Assembly (NCBI GenBank): GCA_018656645.1
Contig: JABHZL010000121.1
Coordinates: 3,182 to 67,181 of the forward strand
Origin: Phycisphaerae bacterium
Lineage (GTDB): Bacteria > Planctomycetota > Phycisphaerae > Phycisphaerales > SM1A02
Reading direction: 5' to 3'
DNA length: 64,000 nucleotides
The translations under genes and the position numbers were made by a program. The first letter of the stretch is position 1. Every line of letters begins with the position of its first letter. This document shows, piece by piece, positions 18,401 to 27,414 of this stretch. The notes beneath the pieces were generated by a model. It saw only the letters and a program-made list of their open reading frames with translations. It made no database searches and had not been told where the DNA came from.

Positions 18401-19283
18401 CGTTGGTTGCGAAAGTTCTTCGCCCGTAGGTGTTCAAATGTACACGAACTCCTTAGTTGTCACAGCAGATGGTAGAAGCGTTCCTTCCTTTACTCTTGCA
18501 TCAACATGGGGTTCACCTATTCCAACATCCATTGATCCAACAGATGTATCAGATAACAAAGATCTCGATTTAATTATCCTAAGCGGCCCTGGTAATTCTG
18601 TCACTGTGAAGCGTGGCGATGGCTCGGGCAACACAATTGACTTCATGGCAATGCCATTTGGACTTCCAGGTGGAAGTAACCCCGTTGCAGCGAGTGTGGC
18701 TTTATTGAACACAGATTCGTACGAAGATTACATCACTGTAAATAATGGTGGCAGTTCACTAAGTATTTTGGCTGGTGACGGTTCTACTCTCAGCAGCCCT
18801 TCATCTGTCACATCAATTGGAGACGACCCATTGAGCATTGACGCAACTGATTTTGATAATGATGGTGACACCGATTTTGTCGTCTCTGAACTCGATGAAT
18901 TTGATGTTCGGCAACTTGCAATCGTACGTAACGATTCGGCAAGTTCTGTCGTCACTCTCGGCATCGGTGACCCTATTGCTAATGGGAGTGAACCAAGCCT
19001 AGTAGCAATCGGTGATTTTGATGAAGATGGGTTAACAGATATTATTTCGATTATCGATCTCGGGCCGATTGTTGGCCCACTGCCTGCTGCAGGTGTGTAC
19101 TTGAACGAAACTGCACTTGCCTGTGCATCTGATGTAAATGGCACTGGAGTAGTTGACGTTGACGATCTACTCGCACTCATCGCTGGATGGGGAGGCGCAG
19201 ATCCAACACTTGATATCGATGGTAGTGGAATAGTGGATGTTGACGACCTACTTATTCTCATCGGTGCATGGGGTCCATGCTAA
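15480..19283 (+). CDS. Giant secreted protein: PPC-like N-domain, right-handed beta-helix repeats, FG-GAP/VCBS repeats, C-terminal duplicated dockerin-like module
   Basis: The ORF is 15372..19283, and the ATG at 15480 gives the signal peptide MIRTISILCVCLFSIVSIAKA. Beta-helix-like repeats include GGGIFID, NGGGIAVEN, GGGLYING and GGGIITSG. There are many FG-GAP-like segments (GDFNNDD, TDFDNDGDTDF, IGDFDEDGLTD). The C-terminus is DVNGTGVVDVDDLLALIAGWG...DIDGSGIVDVDDLLILIGAWGPC. Confidence 0.7.
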   Translation: MIRTISILCVCLFSIVSIAKAQYGDECADAVTATLSGPNYFDTSSMNPSNEPDPDDSMCYGTYLNWNNSPDMWFVFTALADDTYNFSTCNLDGYDTSMVLYKGDCTGLIQIACNGDSPNSSNDCQPYYSEIEFGLIAETDYYVRIGGFGGGYGFGELTITSAGGSGGGEIWHVDTDILASGDGTSWGTAFETIEEALTVAVDDDEIWIAEGQYIPTEEQTSGDSRSVSFLIRQAISIYGGFDGTELTLEDRDVSSHHTILTGDIYGDDNSGDNISENAYHVISSMNVITGSIIIDGLWIYGGNANVAAEPLGGGIFIDDSTTVPINVSLCKIRDNNAINGGGIAVENTSLSLLKAKIKLNNASLYGGGLYINGDLEIDSCLITANKSTLGEGGGIITSGDLSILNTTISQNSSRTAGGISTYGPSVNVENSIIWGNNSTYGSSAQFHGSYATIGARYSCIEDLPDELSGNGNISLNPHFANPYGADGVAGSGDENYRLFQGSPCIDAGDNTVVTTSRDLDGVLRFIDDPYTVDTGNDLDGNAIADMGPFELVPADVAQDGVRIWSGLNSDQFQDPDNWLPIDVPGEFDIALFNLDTVYEIFAVEDFAIDKFDVSLGNIRIDLDGHSFQFRDTINPLQFSQSTRSSSLGFKNGFVYSQGDIKITGEDNKLIINSDASMYAEKLIINDGAILDISGEVTANVINSGGIIDIGGAQITNAYLGGSLNETDQLEDPLLPSEIIFDIEGLVAGISHDFLSVSGSIDLTGMTINLRYSDTWTPTDGDVFNLADSGAGISGLPQILTYSGLPSEYVCHWENIPAARGGSGEATVTTTGPIIFGSANTTALNATPNDIVVADFDGVNGPDIAMSMPSFGSPATVDILLNNGTSGGVWLGFAAPISISTGTTAEDLEVGNLNDDNAPDLAVTNYDDDTVTILTNDGSASFSTTTLSVGTGNKPISLAIGDFNNDDGNLLSDLAVGCESSSPVGVQMYTNSLVVTADGRSVPSFTLASTWGSPIPTSIDPTDVSDNKDLDLIILSGPGNSVTVKRGDGSGNTIDFMAMPFGLPGGSNPVAASVALLNTDSYEDYITVNNGGSSLSILAGDGSTLSSPSSVTSIGDDPLSIDATDFDNDGDTDFVVSELDEFDVRQLAIVRNDSASSVVTLGIGDPIANGSEPSLVAIGDFDEDGLTDIISIIDLGPIVGPLPAAGVYLNETALACASDVNGTGVVDVDDLLALIAGWGGADPTLDIDGSGIVDVDDLLILIGAWGPC

Positions 19284-19304
19284 GAACGTAGTATCCTGCA
19301 CAAC

Positions 19305-20984
19305 ATGAAGGCTTCTTTTTCTCAAACTGTCCCTCTAAGTTTGTGTTGCATGCTCTGCCACTGCGCTGATCCTCCTCCCCCATCACCAATCAACATTCCT
19401 GATGTAACTAAATCAGATCCTTGGTTTGCTGATGAAGCAGAAGAAAGAGGAGTACATTTCCTGTGGAAAAGCGGAGCTACGGGGAAACATCACATGCCAG
19501 AAATTATGGGTGGTGGGATAGCAATGATAGACATTGATGGTGATGATGATCTTGATCTTTATTTCGTTCAAGGTGGTTCCATGTTTTCAACTGGTGAAGA
19601 ACAAAATGCAAACCAATTGTTCATCAATAATCAAGGCGAATTTCATAATGCGACTTCAACTTCAGGAGTTGGAGACATGGGCTATGGCATGGGTGTATCC
19701 ACAGGTGATTATGACAATGATGGTGATCCTGATCTATACGTTACTAATTTTGGGACTGACACATTATTACAGAATGATGGAAATGGTAATTTCACTGACG
19801 TAACCGCAAGTGCTGGTTTTACAGATGAAAGTTGGACAACTGGTGCAGTGTTTTTTGACTACGACAAGGATGGCGATTTAGATTTATTTGTTACAAGATA
19901 TTTAATCTGGGACCAAAGCAAGGAATTTGATTGCGGCGTGTTATTTTTTGGAGAACATGATTACTGTTCTCCAAATGTATACAAATCACCCCTTCCTGAC
20001 ATCTTATACAACAATAATGGCGATGGAACATTCACTGATATTTCCATGGACTCGGGTATCTCTTCAGCAACAGGCTTTGGTTTAGGAATTGGCATTGATG
20101 ATTTTAATGGCGATGGGTTTGAAGATATTTTCGTTGCAAACGATATGAGTGAACATCATCTTTGGATTAATCTCGGCAATGGTCGCTTTATTAATGAAGC
20201 AAATATTAGAGGATGCGCAATCGACGGAACTGGTAGCACAAAAGCAGGCATGGGAACTGAAATTTTTGATGCTGATTTTGATGGTGATCCTGATATTCTT
20301 GTTGTGAATATGGAAAATCAATCAGATTCTTTTTTTCTCAATGATGGTGATGGATATTTTATTGACGCAACTGGATCCACGGGGCTTGTAGGATTATCGA
20401 GATTAAAAACAAGATTCGGTGTGCTTCACGAAGACTTTAACAATGATGGGAATAGTGATTTATACGTTGCTAATGGAAGAATTTCTCGTTCATTTGCGCC
20501 AATTGTTGATGACGTATATGCAGAAGAGAATATGTTATTCTCAGGTGACAAGAACGGAATCATGTCACGACTGACCCAACGCGGAGGAACAGAACTTGGT
20601 CAAATCCATACTAGCCGAGGCGCTGCTACTGGAGACATAGACGGAGATGGCAAACTCGACATTGTTGTTGTTAATAGAGATGCGCCAGCATACCTATTAC
20701 ATAACATCACACAAAACACACGTAAAGTAGAACTTGATGTAAAAAATAAAGATGGTTCACCAGCAATTGGAGCAATTGTAAAGTTCAAACTTGATGGAAG
20801 GCAAGAACGTCATCGTGTTCGTTCATCGCGGAGTTACTTTTCTTCTATGTCACCTGTCATTCATGTTGGTCTTGGAAAACACACAAAAATTACAGATATT
20901 GAAATCAAATGGTTATCTGGTAACGTTACAACAATCCCTTCATTCGAACAAGGTACATATATTATCGAAGAACCAACAGAATGA
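19305..20984 (+). CDS. CRTAC1-family protein (FG-GAP/VCBS repeats plus ASPIC/UnbV domain)
   Basis: Repeats include IDIDGDDDLDLYFV, GDYDNDGDPDLYVTN, FDYDKDGDLDLFV, DDFNGDGFEDIFVAN and TGDIDGDGKLDIVVVN. The C-terminal UnbV-like segment is RSSRSYFSSMSPVIHVGLGKHTKITDIEIKWLSG. Confidence 0.75.
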   Translation: MKASFSQTVPLSLCCMLCHCADPPPPSPINIPDVTKSDPWFADEAEERGVHFLWKSGATGKHHMPEIMGGGIAMIDIDGDDDLDLYFVQGGSMFSTGEEQNANQLFINNQGEFHNATSTSGVGDMGYGMGVSTGDYDNDGDPDLYVTNFGTDTLLQNDGNGNFTDVTASAGFTDESWTTGAVFFDYDKDGDLDLFVTRYLIWDQSKEFDCGVLFFGEHDYCSPNVYKSPLPDILYNNNGDGTFTDISMDSGISSATGFGLGIGIDDFNGDGFEDIFVANDMSEHHLWINLGNGRFINEANIRGCAIDGTGSTKAGMGTEIFDADFDGDPDILVVNMENQSDSFFLNDGDGYFIDATGSTGLVGLSRLKTRFGVLHEDFNNDGNSDLYVANGRISRSFAPIVDDVYAEENMLFSGDKNGIMSRLTQRGGTELGQIHTSRGAATGDIDGDGKLDIVVVNRDAPAYLLHNITQNTRKVELDVKNKDGSPAIGAIVKFKLDGRQERHRVRSSRSYFSSMSPVIHVGLGKHTKITDIEIKWLSGNVTTIPSFEQGTYIIEEPTE

Positions 20985-23815
20985 TCCCACAGCTTCCAAG
21001 AGATCAAACATGTTCTACACTTCTGGGAACTCTATTTAGAAAACTCCAAGAGGATGGATTTGAAGGCGTACTTTCAACAAGTGAATCTTCAAGGGTTCTT
21101 GCAGCAAATGACAACTCTATCTGGGAACAGATGCCCAGCGCAGTGATCGCTCCGAGGACAACTGATGACATTGCACTGCTCCTAAAATTTCTAGCGACAC
21201 CAGAATATCAACAAATCAAGATCACGCCACGAGGAGGAGGAACAAGTACTGCTGGGCAGTCTCTTACCGAAAATATCTCACTCGATTGCAAACGTTTTCT
21301 TCATCACGTCAAAGATTTCAATGCAGAAAAAAAACAAATTACAGTCGAATGCGGCGTTGTACTTGCAGATGTAAACAAAGAACTCGCAAAACACAATCTT
21401 ATGCTCGGCCCAACCGTTGCAACAGCAGATCGAGCAACCATTGGGGGCATGATCGGAAACGATTCTGCTGGCAAAGGCTCCATTGTGTATGGCAAAATGA
21501 GTGACTGTGTTGTTTCTTTATGCACTGTCCTACGAGGGGGCGAGGTTTGGAATTCGAGTGCAATTGATAAAGTGAAACTTGAAAAAAACGAAACCATCTC
21601 AGGCGTTGTTGGTGATATACATCGTGAAATCAAACGCGCATGTGACACAGCGGAACCATTTCTAAAAGAATATTGGCCGAATCTCCCCAGATTTGTTTCT
21701 GGTTATAACCTCCCAATGGCATGGGATGGCGAAACATTTAATCTCAATCGTATTATTTGTGGCAGTGAAGGCACGCTTGGCGTAGTTACAGAAGCAACGT
21801 TGCAATGTGTTGATATCCCAGCAAGCCAACAACTTGTCGTGGTGAGTCTTTCCTCTTTTGACGCCGCACTCCGTTGTGGAGCATCAATCGCAACACTCAA
21901 TCCATCTGCCGTTGAAGTTGTAGATGAATTAGTTTTAGAATCAGCGAGAAAAAATGCACCATTATGCATTGACGAAAACTCTTCTGCGTTGCTATGTATC
22001 GAATGTAAAAATGGTTCCGAAATATTAGAATCTATTTTGCACAAAGATGGCGTTCTCTCAGGCACTTTGTTAAAAAAAGAAGATGAAATTGAACAGATAT
22101 GGCGCTTCCGTAATCAAAGCGTTGGATTACTTTCATCTTCTGGCAAAAACAAACGCCCAGTTCCATTTGTAGAAGATTGCGCAGTTCCACCAGAAAAACT
22201 TGCTGATTTTATTTGCGATTTTAGATCTCTGTTAGATAAACATGATCTTCGTGCAGGCATGTTTGGGCATGTTGATGCTGGTGTGATACACGTTCGCCCT
22301 GCACTTGATCTTTGCTCGCAAAACGACCTGAGTCTCATTCGAACAGTAACTGATGCTGTTGCAAACCTTGTACGTTTGTATGGAGGAATTCTTTGGGGAG
22401 AACACGGAAAGGGATTTCGAAGTGAGTACGGACCTGAAATATTTGGCAATGGACTGTGGGAACAAATTTGCAGGGTCAAAGCAGCTTTTGATCCTACAAA
22501 CCAATTCAATCCTGAAAAAGTTGCAGCACCAACACCAAACCATCCCCTTGTATCACTCGACTCAAAAACTCGTGGAAGTACAAACAACAAAATTGCTCAA
22601 TTACCAATTCTTACAAATTCAATTCGGTGTGATGGAAACAGTCAGTGCGAAAGTGTGAAATTCGATGAATCGATGTGCCCAACGTATCGACTTAATGGGG
22701 ACCCAAGGCAAAGCCCTAGAGGTCGAGCGGAAATATTACGCCATTGGCTTCATCGAATAGGCGGAAGGAAAATCTCAACAAAAGGTTCATGGATACTTCA
22801 GTTTTTCAATCAATTTGCTAAGGATGACTTCTCTCACAGTGTATTTGATGCACTGCATTCGTGTATCGGATGCAAAGCGTGTGCAACGCAATGCCCAATG
22901 GAAATAGATATTCCACAAATGCGATCTGAATTCCTTTCGTATTACTACAGCAGATACCCACGACCTATCCGTGATTTTATATGGAGCAGAATGGAGGGTT
23001 TTCTCAAATTCAAATCAACACGCGTAGGAAACTTTCTGATGCACTCTTCGCTCTCAAAAGCCGTTGGTATAGTTGATGTGCCAAAAATATCTTCAAAAAT
23101 ACGAGTGCATACTTCGAGCGTAGAGGAAATCAAAAAAGGCAAATTAGATGTTGTCCTTCTACAAGATTCGTTTACAACGTATTTTAGACCTCAGGTTATG
23201 ACAAGTTTCATTAGAATTGTTAGCTCGTTAGGATTGAATCTTGCTGTACTTCCAATAAGGCCATGCGGAAAAGCATTGCATGTTCGAGGCAAGCTTCGAA
23301 CTTTTCATGCTGTCGCTCATGCCAATGTTTGCTGGCTAGAACAACTACAAGGAACAAACATTCCAATCGTTGGAATTGACCCTGCTGCAACTTTATTATG
23401 GAGAGAAGAGTATCCAAAGGTTCTTAGTTTGGATCCTATCAAGGTATTGCTTCCGCAGGAATGGCTTATTGGGCAAGACCTATCTCGTCTTGAAATTCTT
23501 GGTAATTGGAAGCTATTCCTTCATTGCAATGAACAATCACTTGTGAAAAATAGTGGAACGCAATGGCAACAAATTTTTGAACGGGCTGGTTCCAATCTTG
23601 AAATTGTCAAGACTGCATGTTGTGGAATGGGTGGAATATTTGGCCACGAGAAAGAACACAAGAAAAAATCTATTTCAATCTGGAATCAATCGTGGGGAAA
23701 GCATAATCCAACGAATGAAACCTCACTTACAACTGGATATTCATGTCAAGTTCAAGCTTCTCGTATCGAACATCTTTCTCTCCGCCATCCGCTAGAAATT
23801 ATTGGCAAAAGTTAA
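20981..23815 (+). CDS. ydiJ: FAD-linked oxidase fused to Fe-S/CCG domains, E. coli YdiJ-like (2-hydroxyacid dehydrogenase type)
   Basis: The N-terminus MIPQLP...DNSIWEQMPSAVIAPRTTDDIALLLKFL...ITPRGGGTSTAGQSL resembles YdiJ as I recall it. There is a middle ferredoxin-type CIGCKACATQCPMEIDIP and a C-terminal cysteine-rich (CCG-like) part, ACCGMGG. The start overlaps the CRTAC1 gene stop (ATGA). Confidence 0.72.
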   Translation: MIPQLPRDQTCSTLLGTLFRKLQEDGFEGVLSTSESSRVLAANDNSIWEQMPSAVIAPRTTDDIALLLKFLATPEYQQIKITPRGGGTSTAGQSLTENISLDCKRFLHHVKDFNAEKKQITVECGVVLADVNKELAKHNLMLGPTVATADRATIGGMIGNDSAGKGSIVYGKMSDCVVSLCTVLRGGEVWNSSAIDKVKLEKNETISGVVGDIHREIKRACDTAEPFLKEYWPNLPRFVSGYNLPMAWDGETFNLNRIICGSEGTLGVVTEATLQCVDIPASQQLVVVSLSSFDAALRCGASIATLNPSAVEVVDELVLESARKNAPLCIDENSSALLCIECKNGSEILESILHKDGVLSGTLLKKEDEIEQIWRFRNQSVGLLSSSGKNKRPVPFVEDCAVPPEKLADFICDFRSLLDKHDLRAGMFGHVDAGVIHVRPALDLCSQNDLSLIRTVTDAVANLVRLYGGILWGEHGKGFRSEYGPEIFGNGLWEQICRVKAAFDPTNQFNPEKVAAPTPNHPLVSLDSKTRGSTNNKIAQLPILTNSIRCDGNSQCESVKFDESMCPTYRLNGDPRQSPRGRAEILRHWLHRIGGRKISTKGSWILQFFNQFAKDDFSHSVFDALHSCIGCKACATQCPMEIDIPQMRSEFLSYYYSRYPRPIRDFIWSRMEGFLKFKSTRVGNFLMHSSLSKAVGIVDVPKISSKIRVHTSSVEEIKKGKLDVVLLQDSFTTYFRPQVMTSFIRIVSSLGLNLAVLPIRPCGKALHVRGKLRTFHAVAHANVCWLEQLQGTNIPIVGIDPAATLLWREEYPKVLSLDPIKVLLPQEWLIGQDLSRLEILGNWKLFLHCNEQSLVKNSGTQWQQIFERAGSNLEIVKTACCGMGGIFGHEKEHKKKSISIWNQSWGKHNPTNETSLTTGYSCQVQASRIEHLSLRHPLEIIGKS

Positions 23816-26277
23816 TTTTTTTCAGCGCTTGCTGTCACAGTTGGACGCAAACCTGGTACGTGTTTAATTTGATCTTCATTGAGTATCATTCGTAATCGCA
23901 TACGCATTCGATCATTTAATTCAGAACGTTTAAAACGAAGTTTTTCTTCATCAATTTGTTGTTTAATAGCACCCTTAGTTATCATTTTGCCATCGTTTTC
24001 CTGTAACGCTGCTGCCTCATTAATACTAATCATTGATTCGCAAAGATTCCAATATTGATCACGATATTGCTCTTGCATTCTTGAAAGTTCACCTTGCTGA
24101 AATGCATTGAGAGATGGAATTGCATTTGCTGCTGCCAAAAGTGTTGTCACATCTCCTTTATCTTTAAAAATTTCTGGGTATGCCACTTTGACAAAATGCA
24201 TTCGTATTGTCCAATAATCATCCTGTGGTATTTCACCAAGCAGCTTGTCAACAATTCCTTGATTTGACCTAACAATTTTCTGTTTTGCTTCTTGCATTGC
24301 TATAAATGAATCTCGCCACTTCTGTTGGATATCCATGGAATTCCCCTGAGATTTACTCATTTCATTTGTAAGCATCATTGCATCTGAAAGGTGGTTCATA
24401 TCATATTCAGCTTGTACAAATTGTTTAAACAGCACGTCAGCTTGTTGATGATATTCAAGTATCATGCTCTGCAAGATTGCTTCCCCTTTTTCTGATAAAA
24501 CCAATGAAGCATCATCAATAACGAAGACATCAACTAGGTCAAGTACTTTACCCGATGTCCCCCCCCACCCATATCGATTCCCTGTGCCAGAAATCCTTTT
24601 TCGCATTCTGAACTGTTCTAGCATTTGTACCATCGAATCATCTCGGTCAAAACCCGTCACTACAGCCAAATCATCAAAAAGCGCAACATCCAATGCCGCC
24701 ACTGCTTCCCTTGCCTTATCTGTTAGTTCCTGCTTCTTTTTAAGACGAGCTCCAATTCCAATAGATGTGTCTTTGTCAAACACTTCGCATTCTTCAGTGA
24801 GTGCATCGTAATACGCATTATATTTTTCTCGATAATCACTAAACAATGCACTGATGATATCTTCGCCCTCTTCACCAAGACCTAGCTTCATGGCAATATT
24901 GTTTGCGAATGTATTTGCCATTGGCGCTGGGATGTACACATCCCCTGCAAGATTTACCTGTGATCGCGATACGGTTTGGGAGGACTCAGATTCTTCATGA
25001 AAATGCACAGCCCCATCAGAGTTTGTTACTTTGATCAGGCTTTTTTCTACTTTTTCTTCATTTTGTTTTTCACCATCAAGAAGAGAAACAAGGGCAGAAC
25101 CAAGAATACCGTCGATTCGTGATTTCGTACTTTCAACAATTTTCTGTCGAGATTCTTCCGCCTGTGCAATGCTATCATCAAAGTTTGAAAGACCACCACT
25201 TTGTTGTTCAATAGTCCGATGCTCCCAAGCTTGAACCAAAAGTTTAGAGTACTTTGTTGCTAAAGATAAACTACGAGTTTCATAGTCCTTTTGAATCGAA
25301 AGCAGCTCTTGTTTTTGCCCTTCGTTCAATTGCTTCATTTCAATCGCCTTTGTAAAGCGATTGTCAATATTCGTGTAACCACGAGTTGACTTTCTAAATC
25401 CTTTTCGGAAATACGCCATCGCAAGAGGTCGTTTTTTTTCTTCTGCAATTTGTGAATCAATTGATTTCCACGTTTTCCAATTCAACTCACTCATTTCAAA
25501 CGCTTGTTTTTGTAACGGATCAATAAGTGTGTTCCCCCTTGCTTCAAGATTCTCCATCTGTGCTTCGTCCATAAAAATCATGAACATCTCTTCACGTTCC
25601 ATTTCTCGTAGTCCCATCTCATCAACCATATCGAAGGCTTGATCAATCACCTTGATGATGACTTCTAGGGATTCTTCTGCACACCTAATCATTCTTTGTT
25701 CATACACTTCTAGCGCAGTTTTAGTTTCTTCAGATTCCTCATCTAAGGCAAAACGAACTAGTTCAGTCATGTTTGGCCTTGCACTATTATTCATATCCGA
25801 CAACATCTCAAGCACAAGGATCCGATATGCGGCAAGCGACCTTTCATTACGGATACGAATCAATTCTCTTTGCTGCTTTTCAGTGAACATGCCCGTGATG
25901 CTGTCAAAAAAAGTTTTGTCAACTCGGTCAATACTTTTCATTGCTTTCTTACCTTTATCAATCAATTGATGAATTTCGTCTCGCTCTGGTATTTGAAATT
26001 GCATAAAACCAAATTGTTCGATAAATGTTGTTACAAGGTCCTCAAATTTTTGTATTTCTCCATTTCGTACCCGTGCATAGGAATCGATGTACGCATCATG
26101 TGCAAGCAGCAGGGCTTCCTTCTGAGGTGTAGTGAGATCTAATCTTTCGGAATATTGCTCTACCTCTCGAATTTTCAATGGATCATTGAATATGGGCATC
26201 GCCTGTGCAAAAACAGTTGATGGCAAAAGTATGGCGAGAAGCCCAATGAAAAGTATGAGATTTCGTAATTGATGCAT
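23812..26277 (-). CDS. Hypothetical secreted all-alpha protein (about 820 aa) with repeated LTxxQ-like motifs
   Basis: The ORF is 23812..26307. M11 at 26277 gives the signal peptide MHQLRNLILFIGLLAILLPSTVFAQA. The motifs are LTTPQKEAL, FTEKQQREL, LNEGQKQEL, LNAFQQGEL and LNEDQIKHV. I recognise no family. Confidence 0.55.
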   Translation of the reverse strand: MHQLRNLILFIGLLAILLPSTVFAQAMPIFNDPLKIREVEQYSERLDLTTPQKEALLLAHDAYIDSYARVRNGEIQKFEDLVTTFIEQFGFMQFQIPERDEIHQLIDKGKKAMKSIDRVDKTFFDSITGMFTEKQQRELIRIRNERSLAAYRILVLEMLSDMNNSARPNMTELVRFALDEESEETKTALEVYEQRMIRCAEESLEVIIKVIDQAFDMVDEMGLREMEREEMFMIFMDEAQMENLEARGNTLIDPLQKQAFEMSELNWKTWKSIDSQIAEEKKRPLAMAYFRKGFRKSTRGYTNIDNRFTKAIEMKQLNEGQKQELLSIQKDYETRSLSLATKYSKLLVQAWEHRTIEQQSGGLSNFDDSIAQAEESRQKIVESTKSRIDGILGSALVSLLDGEKQNEEKVEKSLIKVTNSDGAVHFHEESESSQTVSRSQVNLAGDVYIPAPMANTFANNIAMKLGLGEEGEDIISALFSDYREKYNAYYDALTEECEVFDKDTSIGIGARLKKKQELTDKAREAVAALDVALFDDLAVVTGFDRDDSMVQMLEQFRMRKRISGTGNRYGWGGTSGKVLDLVDVFVIDDASLVLSEKGEAILQSMILEYHQQADVLFKQFVQAEYDMNHLSDAMMLTNEMSKSQGNSMDIQQKWRDSFIAMQEAKQKIVRSNQGIVDKLLGEIPQDDYWTIRMHFVKVAYPEIFKDKGDVTTLLAAANAIPSLNAFQQGELSRMQEQYRDQYWNLCESMISINEAAALQENDGKMITKGAIKQQIDEEKLRFKRSELNDRMRMRLRMILNEDQIKHVPGLRPTVTASAEKN

Positions 26278-26430
26278 GTATGTCTCCTGAATAACATGAT
26301 AACGCAAAAAGACTGATTTTCATCATAAAACAAACTATTTTGTAAGGAAAGCACGCTTTCAGCACTGCAAATTATTATGTGCTGGACACATCATCTAGTA
26401 CTGGTCCGAGTGCAACGTCGGGTACGACAT

Positions 26431-26467
26431 AAAAAAATCCAACGAGCCAGAGGCTCGTTGGATTTTT
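26431..26467 (-). terminator. Rho-independent terminator of the B12-binding-domain gene
   Basis: On the minus strand, ATCCAACGAGCC-tct-GGCTCGTTGGAT is followed by TTTTTTT. It lies 22 nt after the stop at 26489. Confidence 0.8.
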
Positions 26468-26488
26468 GGAAAGGAGATTTTGTAACTG

Positions 26489-27193
26489 TTACGCAGCTTT
26501 GTTAGGTCGTATATTTCGTCCAACGGTGCGTTGATCTTCTGTCGCTCGACGTGAAGATTCAGTAATGATTTTTTCTTTGAGTTCAGAAGGTGAACTTGCC
26601 CAGAGATCTGCGCCAATTTCTTCTGCAAGACCTTCCACACGGTTGAAGAGCCCGCCGCCAACAACGATTTGCGTATTTGGGCATGCGCCAACCTCTTTGA
26701 TAGTATCGATGATGCCACGGATGTGTGGTGCATCACAAGCTGCTGAGGAGAACATGCAAAGTGCATCCGGTTTGCATTCGTTTGTTTCAGCAAGTATTTC
26801 ATCTGCTGCAACACCACCACCACCAAACTTCACTTGCCAACCGTCTGCTTCGCAAAGATCTGCGACGATTTGTGCAGCAAGGTCATCCCCTTCACTTGGT
26901 CCGCAGAACAAGAGAATTGATTTGCGATTTGTTTCTTGTTTGTTGTATCCCGCTTGTACTTGATCAACAAGTGTCCGAAGCAAACGTGTTGCGTAATGAT
27001 GCGCAAGATTTGTAATTTGATCGCTTCTGTATAGAGATTGAATTGTTTCGAGCGCTGGCCAAAAACCATTCTCTGCAACTTCTTCTGGTGTCCATCCACT
27101 TGTGATTGCTTCGCCAACAAGAGCCCTCGCTTTTGGGCGATCGCCTGTGATCAGTAGTGGGAAAATTTGTTCTAGGAAAGTATCAGTCTTCAC
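26489..27193 (-). CDS. B12-binding-domain protein (cap helical bundle plus Rossmann-like domain) lacking the canonical His ligand
   Basis: The N-terminal cap-like helices are TGDRPKARALVGEAITSGWTPEEVAENGFWPALETI. They are followed by ILLFCGPSEGDDLAAQIVADLCEADGWQVKFGGGGVAADEIL...QIVVGGG...IGADLWA, which has the layout of cobalamin-binding domains. The DxHxxG position reads EGDDLAAQ, with no His. Confidence 0.6.
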   Translation of the reverse strand: MKTDTFLEQIFPLLITGDRPKARALVGEAITSGWTPEEVAENGFWPALETIQSLYRSDQITNLAHHYATRLLRTLVDQVQAGYNKQETNRKSILLFCGPSEGDDLAAQIVADLCEADGWQVKFGGGGVAADEILAETNECKPDALCMFSSAACDAPHIRGIIDTIKEVGACPNTQIVVGGGLFNRVEGLAEEIGADLWASSPSELKEKIITESSRRATEDQRTVGRNIRPNKAA

Positions 27194-27388
27194 GGCAAAA
27201 CCCCTTTTGCGTAATCATTGCCTCTTATCCACGAGGCGTACCAAACTGCCGTTAACTAAAAGTCGGAGCAGTGTCTTCGGGCTACCACACGCTGGCAACT
27301 GAACCGTCGACACTTTGATAATCGTATATCACCCCTTGTGCGCTCGACAAATGTCAAACATCGTGTAAAAGTTGCGATATCGGACGGC

Positions 27389-27414
27389 AACACCCTCGGC
27401 AAACCGAGGGTGTT
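27389..27414 (-). terminator. GC-rich hairpin downstream of asnS (possible terminator, no U-tract)
   Basis: AACACCCTCGG-caaa-CCGAGGGTGTT forms an 11-bp perfect stem about 85 nt after the asnS stop. No T-run follows on either strand. Confidence 0.35.

Noticed and set aside
18728-19261. Long antisense ORFs inside confident genes, for example 18728-19261, 52190-52771, 56809-57390, 41137-41640, 4349-4786, 36702-37118 and 22114-22590.
   Set aside because: Each lies entirely within a gene on the opposite strand that has strong family motifs. Their products are low-complexity (Ser/Pro/Arg-rich), typical of shadow ORFs.
23812-23815. Overlapping convergent stop codons on a TTAA palindrome (ydiJ and the 820-aa gene). 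Similar 1-6 nt gaps occur at 40039/40043, 42615/42622 and 62205/62207.
   Set aside because: This is real but simply reflects the very compact gene packing of this genome. No specific function is implied.
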